DNA of 62,976 nt, counting the filler, from Octopus bimaculoides (lineage: Eukaryota), in NCBI RefSeq assembly GCF_001194135.2. It is 5 parts of 4 records of this genome, joined end to end, with 100 filler letters (N's around TTAATTAATTAA, not from the genome) between each part and the next. Parts side by side here need not be neighbours in the genome. Positions count along the whole stretch, not along the records: positions 1 to 7,765 come from NC_068984.1; positions 7,866 to 16,328 come from NC_068985.1; 3 more parts are not named here. The stretch is one strand, 5' to 3'. The notes under the pieces are model-generated. The model saw nothing but the letters and a program-made list of their open reading frames with translations, ran no database searches and was not told where the DNA came from. Both the position numbers and the translations under genes were made by a program. Positions 1-13,090 of this stretch are shown in pieces (the stretch's first letter is position 1; each line of letters starts with the position of its first letter).

Positions 1-55
1 ATGAGAATCACTGCCTGGTGCTGCAACTATTATTATTATTATTATTATTATTATT

Positions 56-386
56 GTTCAGTAGTTTTATTTTTATAACGTGCTTTCACTTCACTACCGA
101 GCGCAGCTCTGTGCGCCTTGGGTATGTGCTGTGGTTTGCTGTGGTGCTCTTATGTTTACTGTATTGAAAGTGTTTTGCGTAGAATGTGTGCAGTACCCAG
201 TAGTGCAATTTTTTGTATGTTATATATATTTGTAAGTCCTGGTGTTTTTGTTATGTATTTGTCTGAATATTTTTTTATTATACCTAAGGCACCTACTATG
301 ATAGGAATTGTTTCTGTTTTTAGATTCCACATTCGAGTTATCTCTATTTCCAGGTCTTTGTATTTTGAAAGTTTTTCCATTTCTTT
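56..386 (-). mobile_element. 5'-truncated R4/Dong-like RLE non-LTR retrotransposon (C-terminus plus 3' UTR)
   Basis: ORF KEMEKLSKYKDLEIEITRMWNLKTETIPIIVGALG...LLGTAHILRKTLSIQ has 4 differences in 76 aa versus the copy at 10597-11378. It is bounded by (TTA)n on both sides. Confidence 0.85.
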
Positions 387-3300
387 ATTATTATTATTAT
401 TATTATTATTGGTGAGAACTAGTAGAATTTTTGCAAGATTCAAACATTTGCTTTGCATAAGTTCTTCTTGCTTTTTACGCTATTAGATCTAATCTCGATG
501 TGATCATCTCTCGGGGTTGATAAGATGCAGGCTACGTATTATGATTGATATAATCGACTTCCTCGTCAGTAATGTCTTGTCCATAAATTCTAAAACAATT
601 TGTATTACTATTATTCATTTCATGATTGTTTTCTTTCTTAATTTAACTGTTGTACTCACTAGAACATGTAGCTGAGCCTGTTGCGAAAGTTTAGTTATTC
701 ACTTATACTACAGTGCTTATTTTTGCCTGAGATAAATTATAACAATATATATTTGTCGAATTGCTCGTTTCCGTTGTTTATTTCAAACCCGTGTTGTTTC
801 AAAAAGTATAACTTTATTTCATCAACGAGCAAAAGACTACAATTCGATAAATATCTAACTGATGGCTTAATTAACTGGTGAAGTAGATGTTGGTATATTG
901 ATGTCAATGAAGCGATCAATCATATCAAGACGTGGCCTCGGCATGGCCACTGTCCCAAAACTGAAACTATGAAAATAGTAGTGTGAAACTTACAGCAAAA
1001 GAAAAGAGAACATTTTTGTCTAAATTAATATGCACGATTAAAATAAAAAGGAACTAAGATAAACAAATCAGTGTGGCTAAGTTCATGTATATAAACAATA
1101 ATGACGAATAAATATATATTAAATACCATACAAAATAATTTGTGATTTATTCAAAATTATCTTGGGTTCAAAGGAAAATGAATCAAACTATCCCCTGTTA
1201 GGAAATAGTACTCACCAGAATAAAGAACTCTATTGATTGTTATTTTCGTTACATTTCCCTCATTTAAAATCTTATTGGTTTAACTTTTGTTTTCGGTTTC
1301 AACCATTTTAATCGGTGCAGGAGACTAGAAGGTACTGCTGTTTGTATTCAGTCGCTTCTAGTGCTTAATGAGAAGAATCGTGTTTTCGTCAGCCCGCGGC
1401 ACTGATAGCCCAGACAGTATTAATTGCAAATCAGACCAGTCTTCTGAAATTTCGCAAGTAAATGAGTGACATTTTCTCTCCTCATTCGATTACATACATC
1501 TCCAGTATAAGGCATCCCGATTACATGATTTTGCCGGTCACGTCTACGCATATCATATATCTACAAATATGATGGAAATCAAAGGTCTACGTTCTTCCCA
1601 GAATTTATTGACTACACGGTATTATTCCCAAGACAGAGATCATGAAGAATCTATAAACTATACTCAACAAGATGCTATATCTGAATACCATAATAGCATC
1701 CATTCAGCCAACAGTGCCTTCGTCACCTATAACTTAATAAAAGTGAACAGATTGAAAGCAGACTAGCAGCAATTGTGACTCTGCACGAGACGTGTAGAAT
1801 GTAAGACCTGTCCAAGGTATACTTGCTTGCATGAAAGCTTTCAGAGAAGAAAACCAACAAAATGTGTAATAAATCAAAATGTATGAAATATCTGCAGAAT
1901 ATGTGGAACCTGGAAAAGGAAACTAGCTCATTGCTTTTCAGTATTTAATATTGAACAAGAATGAACACATCTCCCGGCATAACTAAAGTTGGCTCTTCAA
2001 TCCAGTGGAAATTACAGGAGCCTTATAGTGTGCGAACATAACAAAAACGGTATAAAATTAGAACAGAAAAAGGTTTTTGAAAATTACAATGCGACCATGA
2101 TCTTGGTCAAAAAATTCACCCAAACTGGGAGGTCAATGAATATCGACCGGACTCAGTTGGCAATGACGGGAAAGTAAATGCTACCTAATCAAAGAATACG
2201 TATCGATATATGATAAAATATTTCTTACAAAAAAGTAAAATTCTTTAAATACCAAGATCTGAAAATGTTGATAACAAGACTAACAAACCTAGAAAACATA
2301 GAATAACTGTGATAATAATTGTTTTATGAATGAATACAATAGATTCAGAAAGAGAAGTAATATCTTGCAAACACACAGTACAAACTGAATATAGCACTAT
2401 TATGCACTGCATACATCTTGCGTAACGCACTTTGAACTCAATAGAAAACAGAAAATCGAAGTATATGCGCGCACGAAATTTTATTTGGTAGAGCAGTAAG
2501 ATAACGAAATGGAAATAAGACAATTGAAAAAAAAAATAAAAGGAAAATAATCATTTATAATCGGGGTGTTTCTTCAAATATAATTATAAAGTATGTATTA
2601 ATAAAATTTCAAATTCCTATTTCTATTCGTGTACTTGTTCACATATAATAAAAGGAGAATACGTATTTTAATAAAACCCTAAAGCTAACAATAACTTCGT
2701 GAAACGTTCAAAATGTTGGTGAACTTATAATCCTTTTCATGCATAAATATCAAATCTTATTAAATTAAATGGCAAATAAAAGTTGTTGTAATATGGATGT
2801 AACGTTTATAGTCATCTGGTTGGTTACTGATAATATTCATTCAATGTTATTCATAAAACACTAGTAAAAAACATTTGTTCATTTCAATGTAGACAATAAT
2901 TTCCATAAAATAATTTTCATACGATACAAAATTGCAAGCTTCACTTACATTCACATGTATACGGAAATTTATAGCTGATGCCAATATGGCATATGTTAAA
3001 ATATTTCAAGCTAATAATTCTATAAATTTGTCATTTTCATTCTGAACTTCTTTCAAATTACATCTAAAATAATTTAGTTTGTATGCGAATATACGTATGT
3101 GTTTCTAGGTTGTCAACATTGCGTGCCTGGATCGAATCGGGAAGAATCTAGTCGCCAGTCAATGACTATATATAAATAGTGCCAGGACTATTTGCTGATG
3201 TTTTAATGCAATGCACATGTAAGATTAAATTCAATAACGAATTAAAAGTAGCGTTCGTGTTGCGAAATTTATCGATCGCATATACACCATGTGTGTGTTT

Positions 3301-4484
3301 TGTCTGTTCACCGGATTCGCTGCAACATAGCGCCTGTTAACGTTGAGAGTTAACATACCTGAAATTCATAGACAATTAAGACAATTTGCCTCGGACCGAA
3401 CTTAGGAGTGATGGATGCCGATATTTCTCCGTTTTTGTTGCTTATGTACCTGAACCGAACAGGGGAATCCGGCGAACAAACAAAACACATACATTATGTG
3501 CTATGGATAATGTTTACACCAACAGCACTGGTTTTTATTTCATTTTGAATGTAATCTTATATGTGCACGTTCCCTATTGGTAGTGCAGATTAACTTAGTA
3601 CTATTTGTCGATGCTATATTACCATTTAGATTTGGTGTGGTGGAGAATGCAAATTTCAATGTATATCTATTAAAGAGTTTTTGGAAGTAATTTTTCGGAC
3701 CTTGAAGAATATTTCGAGATTATTCAAGGCTTCATGAAATCCGAAAGACAGCGAAAGCTCCAAATATTTCTCTTACATGATCCATTCCCACGTGTTTTCG
3801 AAAGTGTTGCTTGTTTGATCTTAGAGGTACTCTTTCTCCTACAATCAAAGAACGTGCTATAATTTTTATCTGAGAACACCTTGAGTGTTGGATATTAAGT
3901 ACCTTCCCTTCTCTTGCATTCAGTCCAATCGCAAAAGTGAGCAGTGTTCGGATTACAAGCGACACTCCAGAGATTTCCAGTCAGTTTGTACCATCTATTG
4001 TAGTACAGTTCCTGCTAATTCCTTTAAGGATTATCTTTTCCTTGTGTTGTCTTCAATTATCTGTTTTAGTATTTCGCAGATTCGAATAATGAATAGTATT
4101 CTTACTCTTAGTGCAGCTATAATAATGAAAAATTCTTAAGTCTGTTGCATTAAAACGTCTGTGAACTTGAGAATGCCGCTGTCAAATGGTGTGTACAGAA
4201 TATTTTCTGTATAAACCACACTTATTCTAAATGATTTATCGTCCACGTATTGAGCCAAAACCTCATTCAGTCTAAATGTGCAACGAATCGCGAAAGTGTC
4301 TACTACCTTATCTCAGCCAACCAATATCTTATGGGTGTATTCGGTAGACGAAGCTGTGTAACAGCCGTCATACATGCATGCATGCATACATACATATATC
4401 TGTGTGTATGTATATACAAATATGTACTTTTGTGTGTATTTATATATAAACACATATATATAAATATATGTATATTTATACCTA

Positions 4485-4486
<2 letters not shown>

Positions 4487-4573
<87 letters not shown>

Positions 4574-4665
4574 AGAGAGAGAGAGAGAGAGACAGAGACA
4601 GACAGACAGACAGACAGAGAGTGAGACAGAGAGAGAGAGAGAGAGAAAGACAGAGAAAAACAAAC
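4487..4665. repeat. Compound (TATC)n/(TA)n/(GA)n/(GACA)n microsatellite, representative of many such tracts in the window
   Basis: Read directly from the sequence. Most N-gaps in the window abut (TA)n or (CA)n tracts. Confidence 0.98.
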
Positions 4666-5778
4666 AAGGAGAGATTGACTGATTGATTGATATATATATA
4701 AATATACATATATATATTCAGTGTGTGTGTATATGTATGTACATGTGTGTATAAATATGTGTCCGTGTTACTCCAAGTCTCACCAGCATTTTAGTTTTGT
4801 TACATCCACTCGACATAGCAGCTCGGCGAAAGTGTGACCGATAGGAAAGAGTCTTTAAAATAAGTAGTACTCTAGGTACTTTGTCAGTATCAAAACTGTC
4901 AAGCTGGTTTGCCGGCATTTCTACCTCAAAATGACGGCAACAAGAGTGAGTATAAAAATGAAAATAAAAAAAATAATAATATATATATATATATGTATAT
5001 CTGCTTACATTTGCATTTGATTGTGCAAAGGCGCGGGTACGTATATTCTATTGAAATAGTTAGAAATGAATGAAGCTCTTTAATGTCATCAATTGATTTA
5101 CATGCATGCAAAACGGATGAGTTGTTTCACAAGTATTAACTAGAGCTGGCGATACATAACGTAGCCCAACCATAGGATTTAATTTAACAGTTCAAATATG
5201 TTTTATTGGAAATTAGAATTTATATCAGTAGTGGAAATTTATGATATTATTCACTCATATAAAGACTTTTGCATAGAGACTGGAGTTTTACTGCTTTTTT
5301 CATAATTTATCGATTAATGCTAAGAATTTCAATCTTTCTTCGCCAAAGGTATTAGGCTGGGAAACTGTCGCAACTACTTACGTATTACAGTTTTCTAATT
5401 TGTATCGATCACGAAACGGAAATTGAGTTATTCTCCAATGCAAAAATTGTCAGGAAAGATACGAAATTGTAAATGCTAGCACCTGCAGTAGGTGAAAAGA
5501 ATTTATTTCAAATTGATGAAAACACAAGAGAAAAGTAACAATATTTTGCGAGTAAAGTGAATATATTTTATTAATATAATCTGTCCACATATCGCCATAA
5601 AGATTGTAATATTTCTATGCACGCATAGAAGAGATTATTTATCTACTGATCTACACAAATGTATTTCCAGAAAAACAAACACGTATAAACATAACACATG
5701 CAAACATATATATATGCAAACACACACACATACAAATACATGTAGAAACAGGTATGTGTATATATATATATATGTATA

Positions 5779-5847
<69 letters not shown>

Positions 5848-6388
5848 GTTTATACATATATATGAGTGTGTAAGAATGTAATCTGTTGATTGCAGTTGTA
5901 GAAATATTCTGATTGGCCACATGTTCAGTGACAACGTTCTAAAGAAAATTTCGCACGGAATTTTTTTTTTTCTATTAGTTCACTTTTGTTTTTAATTTAA
6001 GAATATCTTGTTCCTCTTTAATCTTTCCGTGAGCGATGTTTTGAGCTGTTTGTAATCTAATTTCAATATACTCGTAAAAAACCATCGCACGTTCATGTAA
6101 GACCGGGTATCTTATCACCCTGTATGATATTCTTATATTTTTACTCTCAACATAGTTCATATTTCAATTTTTGTAGGGAAGAATTTACTCAGCTGCTAAT
6201 AATTTATTTGTATGTGAAATGCTAATGATTGATATATGGTTGTTAAGGGAAAATATTACTTTGTAATCAAGGTTTCGATTCCAAAATCGGTGGTGTGTTC
6301 TTGAGCAAAACATTTCATTTCACATTGCTGTAGATGCATAACCCTGTGACGGACTGGCTTTCCAACCCACCTAGCGTGTGCTGTGGTA

Positions 6389-6736
6389 TCATTTGAAAGC
6401 CGTGAGGAAGCGCTTTGTGACTAGTAGTCTCGTAGGTTCTGTAATTATTTTGAACAAAAGATTCTGGTGACACAAATCTGCAATGTATTTGTAAGTTTCT
6501 ACTCCATATGAATTTCTCTCGATAGTTCCAGGAACATCATTAAGGCAACACGCTTTATTAGCATATTTGGTTACTGTTGTGTCGACGCCCTCAGGCGAAG
6601 AAGTAGGATCTTCCAAGACATATAAATAGAAATAGTGTGGCCGTGGTAGGATTGTTGAGTAGCAGTTGAGTAGCAGTTGTGTAGCGGTTGAGAAGAGATC
6701 ATCCAAAGGTGCGAGATACAAGTAACGTTGAGACAT
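6389..6736 (-). mobile_element. Possible APE-endonuclease relic of a CR1/L2-like LINE
   Basis: ORF ends ..DLCHQNLLFKIITEPTR, resembling the LxQxxxxPTR motif; the remainder is degenerate. Confidence 0.35.
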
Positions 6737-7095
6737 AACAGTTACATATATAAGTAATCCACGTGTTATTTAAAAATATATTTTTGCAACTTCAATACTG
6801 CTAAAAACTTCACTAAATCTTTGTATCAATCGAAATATATTGACTTTAGTAACTCTGTATTTATGAAAGAAATATTATGTGTATATATGTGTGTAAGTAC
6901 ATAAATAAATATATTGAGATGAATATATGCATGTATGTATGCATGTATATAGACGCTGACGTGGCTGTTTAGCCGCAACGTTGCTTCACAACCGCAAGAT
7001 TTTAGGTTCAGTCCCACTGCGTGGAAAAGTTGTAACCCTCGACAGCCAGAGCCCTGTGAGATGATTTGGTAGGTGACAAGGGAAAGAAGCATATC

Positions 7096-7141
<46 letters not shown>

Positions 7142-7703
7142 AGGTTTNNNNNNNNNNNNNNNNNNNNNNNNNNNNNNNNNNNNNNNNNNNNNNNNNNNNN
7201 NNNNNNNNNNNNNNNNNNNNNNNNNNNNNNNNNNNNNNNNNNNNNNNNNNNNNNNNNNNNNNNNNNNNNNNNNNNNNNNNNNNNNNNNNNNNNNNNATAT
7301 ATATATATATACAAAGGGAGATAGAGAGAGAGAAGGAAAGAGCGAGGTCGCTAAATAGGTAGATAGATATATGTGTGCTTATCTACGCGTGTGTTTGTGT
7401 TTATTCCCAAGCACTGCTTGACAAGTAGTGTTCGTTTGTTTATGTCCCTGTAATATAGGTGCTCGGCATAAGTGACAGAATTAACAAGTACCGAGTTTTA
7501 AGAAACTTCTAAGGAAGTTTCGTTCTACTCAAACATTTCAAAGCGGTGCCCTAGTTTGACCACAGTCCAATGACCAAAAGAGAAAAGATGTTAGCGGACG
7601 TGAATACAGCAACACAAGCTGTCAAGCGGCAGAGGGGAACAAATACACACACATACACACACATACATACACACAAGCACACACAGACACAGACACAGAC
7701 ACA

Positions 7704-7765
<62 letters not shown>

Positions 7766-7809
7766 NNNNNNNNNNNNNNNNNNNNNNNNNNNNNNNNNNN
7801 NNNNNNNNN

Positions 7810-7821
7810 TTAATTAATTAA
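7810..7821. other. Artificial scaffold-join linker TTAATTAATTAA (six-frame stop) in a 100-bp N44-linker-N44 gap
   Basis: Palindromic 12-mer with stops in all frames and exactly 44 N on each side; recurs identically four times. Confidence 0.95.
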
Positions 7822-7865
7822 NNNNNNNNNNNNNNNNNNNNNNNNNNNNNNNNNNNNNNNNNNNN

Positions 7866-7914
<49 letters not shown>

Positions 7915-8800
7915 GCAACACACCTCCACGCACACATCAGCACTGACCAATTCCCATCCCCACATTTCCACACCTACACATACACACACAGACACGTCAA
8001 GATCACCAGCCCTCTTTCATCCGAACATAGTTCTCTCTTACACCCGCGCACCTTCGTTTTGGGATCACTAATACTTTGTGATCTCCCCTTCTTCTTACCT
8101 CTCCTGTGTAACTCTTCTGTCCGGCATTCACCATGATAGATTGCTAACCACATATATTTTTTTCTCTGCTTGTTTCTCTCCTTGTTTCTTTCTGTATTCC
8201 TTTCTGCGGAAGAGTGTAGGCTCGAAACGTTAAAGAGTTTTTCAATTCCCGAGCGTTATACTAATACATCTGTTTGTTTTCTACACCACTTGACTTCGTC
8301 TGTTGTTCGTTTGTGAATTCTCCCTTTATATATATATATATATATACATATAATTATATCTTTATATACATAGATATGTGTATATATGTGCATATATATA
8401 GACATCTGTATATANNNNNNNNNNNNNNNNNNNNNNNNNNNNNNNNNNNNNNNNNNNNNNNNNNNNNNNNNNNNNNNNNNNNNNNNNNNNNNNNNNNNNN
8501 NNNNNNNNNNNNNNNNNNNNNNNNNNNNNNNNNNNNNNNNNNNNNNNNNNNNNNNNNNNNNNNNNNNNNNNNNNNNNNNNNNNNNNNNNNNNNNNNNNNN
8601 NNNNNNNNNNNNNNNNNNNNNNNNNNNNNNNNNNNNNNNNNNNNNNNNNNNNNNNNNNNNNNNNNNNNNNNNNNNNNNNNNNNNNNNNNNNNNNNNNNNN
8701 NNNNNNNNNNNNNNNNNNNNNNNNNNNNNNNNNNNNNNNNNNNNNNNNNNNNNNNNNNNNNNNNNNNNNNNNNNNNNNNNNNNNNNNTGAACAGAAGTTT

Positions 8801-8929
8801 AATCTTACAGCTGTTTCGGCCTAGTTTTAGCAAGCCCCCTTCTATCCGAATATTCCTTTCCGGAGTGATTATCGGATGACATTTTTAAATAGGGTTACAT
8901 GCCCGAACCTCTAGGCCTCTTCAGAGATT
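8801..8929 (-). ncRNA. Type-I hammerhead ribozyme motif, intact core, stem II with an 86-nt insert
   Basis: Minus strand reads AATCT CTGAAGA GGCCTAG-(86 nt)-CTAGGCC GAAA CAGCTG TA AGATT, giving stem I 5 bp, stem II 7 bp and a palindromic stem III. Confidence 0.85.
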
Positions 8930-9991
8930 CACAAAGGGTTACATACAAATGTAGAGCAAGAGGTAAAAACAGAGTTGTGGTAGAGACCAGAAGAAAAACA
9001 ACAGCAAAAATAAGATAGAAATAAAAATAAAAAATAAAATTGAAATCAAAGTATAAATAAAAATAAAATAAAAATAAAAATAAGGGTACAGCAGGAAAAA
9101 AAAATAATAAAGAATACATAAATGAAGGTATAGCATGTGGGACATGCAAAAATATAAAAAAGATATATGTCAAAAAAAACCTTAAAAATACAAGGCTCCC
9201 AAAAAGCCTACAAACACTATGAAAAGTGTTAGAGCTCCATTCGAGGAATTTCAAGTCTTCAATCTCATGCAATGAAGTTTGAAAAGAAAAAAATGTGTGT
9301 TTGTTTCTCAATTTTCAGTGTGATAATATAGTTCTAAACTTTTTTATGACTATAGTTCTATAAGGGGACATTTAATATTTGTCACTGGCGTCATTGAGGT
9401 CAGGAAAAATGTATCAACCACACCGCTAATTGACAAATTTGACCCATAAATCATTAGCATAATAGCATAGCCTGGAATAAACATGGGTTACATGGAAAAA
9501 TACGAGCATGAAAAAAAATAGTCGCAATAATATAAACCTGGAAAATTAGGTTACAGAAAACAATAGTACTACATAATAAATACAATAGATAGTATAATAC
9601 AAAATTTGGTTAAATATTACAGTGAAATCTATCTATAACAACAGATTCACAGTAAAATTTGCTTAGCTTATTACCTAAGTTTTTGCCCAATTTTCACATT
9701 TTTATTTGTGACCCAATGCCTATATACGATTCTACTTGGCATAAAACTTTATAACAATATTGGTATTGCTGTTCAAAAAATGATGGTACCATTTTTAATT
9801 ATAATGTTACTTTGAATATTTATAATATTCAAATTTTATCCTTAGCTGCAACATTTTAAGCAAAAATTTCCTTGTCCTGTACTTTACCAGATGTAGTAAA
9901 CTGCCCTGAACTTTTCCAAGTGTAATAACTTGTCCCGTAATTTTCCGCTCGCATTTTTTCATGTAATATACATATATATGTGTGTGCGTGC

Positions 9992-10031
<40 letters not shown>

Positions 10032-10144
10032 NNNNNNNNNNATATAGTAACTGACAACGTGCCGGAGCAGATTTTCGCTCCGACATGCGAAACTTGGAGT
10101 TTTATTATGGCAACCGAATAATTGTCACATATTATATTCCCCTT

Positions 10145-10418
10145 TCAAAGCATGGGTGTTTCGTTCAACATCCTTAAACAACTCTTATTCAGGGACCTTT
10201 TCAGCGGGATGGGCTACTCAACCTGAAGAAAATACTCAGTGGGCCCTACCTGCAAGGCCATTCGCTTTTTACCTTGGTATGAGATCAGCATGACGAGCAC
10301 ATATGATTGTGATGCATGTGCCAAGTATGCCCTTATAAGACGGATAGCCATGATGAGTATACCTGGCTTTGTATATTTTACCCCAGTGTCACTTTGATGG
10401 TATTCACTGCTCTCTCAC

Positions 10419-10419
<1 letters not shown>
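10145..10419. mobile_element. Partial copy of repeat X ending in (AAT)n
   Basis: Shares gtttc(g/a)ttcaaca..ccttaaacaac..acctgaagaaa..gcaagg..catgatg with 11690-11906. Confidence 0.7.
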
Positions 10420-10420
<1 letters not shown>

Positions 10421-10503
<83 letters not shown>

Positions 10504-10532
10504 TGATGATGATGGTGATGATGATGACGATG

Positions 10533-10596
<64 letters not shown>
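10421..10596. repeat. (AAT)n microsatellite with an internal (GAT)n patch
   Basis: Read directly from the sequence. Confidence 0.99.
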
Positions 10597-10597
<1 letters not shown>

Positions 10598-11375
10598 GGT
10601 TGAGAAACTCAGGACTCAAAGTAGAGACTGAAGGATTTTAATTGTTGCACAAGACCAAAACCTCCCCACCAGAAATTACCAAAAACATATAATGAAAAGA
10701 AATATAAGTAACTGCAGAATATGTGGCGATGGACAAGAAACAATAAATCATATTATCTCTGGCTGCCCAGTCCTGACTAAGAAGGAATATATTCACAGAC
10801 ACGACAGCTGGGATCTATATATACTGGAAGTTATGTCAACACTATGGAATAACAACAGAAAAAAGATGATATAGGCACACACAACAAAAGGTCACAGAAA
10901 ACGAGAAAGCAACTATACTCTGGGATTTGCCAATACACACAGATAGAGAAATTAAGGCCAATAGGCCAGATATAGTTGTCAGAGATCTATGAAGGAAAAA
11001 GATACATTCTAATTGATGTATCAATACCAGCAGTTGACAACGTTTCCCTAAAAGAAATGGAAAAACTTTCAAAATACAAAGACCTGGAAATAGAGGTAAC
11101 CCGAATGTGGAATCTAAAAACAGAAACAATTCCTATCATAGTAGGTGCCTTAGGTATAATAAAAAAATATTCAGACAAATACGTAACAAAAACAACAGGA
11201 CTTACAAATATATATAACATACAGAAAATTGCACTACTGGGCACTGCACACATCCTACACAAAACACTTTCAATCCAGTAACCATAAGAGCATCACAACA
11301 AACCACAGCACATACCCAAGTCATACAGAGCTGCGCTCGGTAATGAAGTGAAATTTCGCTATAAAAATAAAACTG

Positions 11376-11378
<3 letters not shown>
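10597..11378 (+). mobile_element. 5'-truncated R4/Dong-like RLE non-LTR retrotransposon
   Basis: With frameshifts it encodes ETEGFLIVAQDQ, the CCHC knuckle CRICGDGQETINHIISGC and the PD-(D/E)xK nuclease RPDIVV..IDVSIP..KYKDL. Flanked by long (AAT)n. Confidence 0.9.
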
Positions 11379-11455
<77 letters not shown>

Positions 11456-11466
11456 TAATAATAATA
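11379..11466. repeat. (AAT)n microsatellite
   Basis: Read directly from the sequence. Confidence 0.99.
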
Positions 11467-11469
11467 AAT

Positions 11470-11906
11470 GCATTGGTGCAATACCAGTTACTGGCTCTCA
11501 TGACATCTCATCTTTACTGGTAAGAAGTGTTATATTGTACATGATTTTTCTTGGTATAAAAGACAGGCTACAATAAATATTCTTCTCAATATCACAGATT
11601 TCCTCGTCAATTATTTCGCCTTAACCAGTAAAGCATGTCCCTTGGCCATGTGGTGGGAGAAAGTCTTTGGAGTTTGAATAATTCACCGCTGAAAACATTA
11701 GTGTTTCATTCAACAGCCTTAAACAACCTTTAGTCCAGGATATTTTGTGGGGGATGGGTTACTCGACCTGAAGAAACTTGTAACGGTACTCCACCGGCAA
11801 GGTCATGCACTGTTTATCTTGATATTAGATCATGATGTTGCGTACATATAGTTGTGATTCATGTGCATGGTGTACCCTTATCCACAGATAGTCATGATGG
11901 GTATAC
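11470..11906. mobile_element. Non-coding interspersed repeat 'X' associated with (AAT)n tracts
   Basis: Its 3' half aligns with 10145-10419 and its start aligns (reverse complement) with 1-27. No ORF; true orientation unknown. Confidence 0.7.
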
Positions 11907-13090
11907 CAAAAATCAAGGAAAGTGAAATGAAAGTAAGTTTAGGCAAGAATATCTCAGAAGAACCAAGTTAATAATGGGAAGTAGACTCAATGAGGAAAAC
12001 AAAATCGGGGCAATGAACACATAGGATGTTTCCTTAATGCGGTATGGTGTAAGTGTTGTTAAGTGGACAAAGAACGACCTTGAGGAAATGGACAGAAAAA
12101 CTAGAAAAGTGATGACAATTAACAATGAACTACACCCAAAAAGCAATACTGACAGACTGTAAGTTCCTAGAAATAGGGTTGGTAGAAGTCTCATTAGATC
12201 TGCGTCATCAAAGAGAAGGGCAGTCTGGCATGGTACATCAAACTGCAGAGTGAATCCTTGCTTGCCGCTGTTAGAATTAACAAAACAATAACTCCGAAAA
12301 GATGATGCACCCACAAACATTTAAGAAACAAGTTGAAGAATGAGTAAACAACTACAAGATTAAACTACTGCAATACCTCAGAAAAATCGAAGGAAAAGAA
12401 AAAATCAATACTTGGAAATGGCTAAGAAAAAGTGATCTGGAATGATGCAGTAAGTTATTGAAGTGCAGCGTCCAAGTACAAACTCTGAGAACTAATTAGA
12501 CGAATTTCTAAACAGATAAGAAAAGGATGCGTGTAGGCAGAAATGAAATTATTTCAGATATTGTGAGTGAGCGTAGCAAGCTGGCCCCAAAACAGTACAA
12601 AAGGCGGCACGATAACGTAGCTAACATGGTCCACTGGAGGCTACATGAAAGTACGGTCTGTACAAAAAACGGAAATAGTACGTTTATAATCCAATTTGAC
12701 TCCCTAATCAAGGCAAGAAGACCAGATATTGTTGTGGTAGATATAGGAAAAAAGGAAACCATGATCATAGGTTTTGCAATACCTGGAGATGTACGGATAA
12801 GTGAGAAAGAACTAGAAAATATTGAAATGTACAGACTACTAAAAGACAAAATTTCAATAATGTGGTTATGGGGAGAGATTCTATCATTCCAGTAGTTGTA
12901 GGGGCACTCGGAGCACTAACAACCAAGTTTGAGAAATATGTCAAAGAAATCGGAATTGAGAGCAGAGCAAGCCGAAAAAACTGCTCAGCTGGGAGCAGCT
13001 AGGATTTTGAGATTGGTACTTGGATGTTGCTAATCTTTTTGCCTGGCATGCGAAATATTCTGCCGGATCACCACCTAAATAGTAGCAATA
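11907..13090 (+). mobile_element. Older, decayed R4/Dong-like LINE 3' fragment (different subfamily)
   Basis: Frame fragments MDRKTRKVMT..LHPKSNTDRL*VPR, YKRRHDNVA, RRPDIVVVD and PVVVGALG, with many stops and frameshifts. Confidence 0.8.

Noticed and set aside
7810-7821. TTAATTAATTAA as a biological motif (PacI or homeodomain site)
   Set aside because: It always sits in the centre of an exact 100-bp N gap, so it is an assembly linker.
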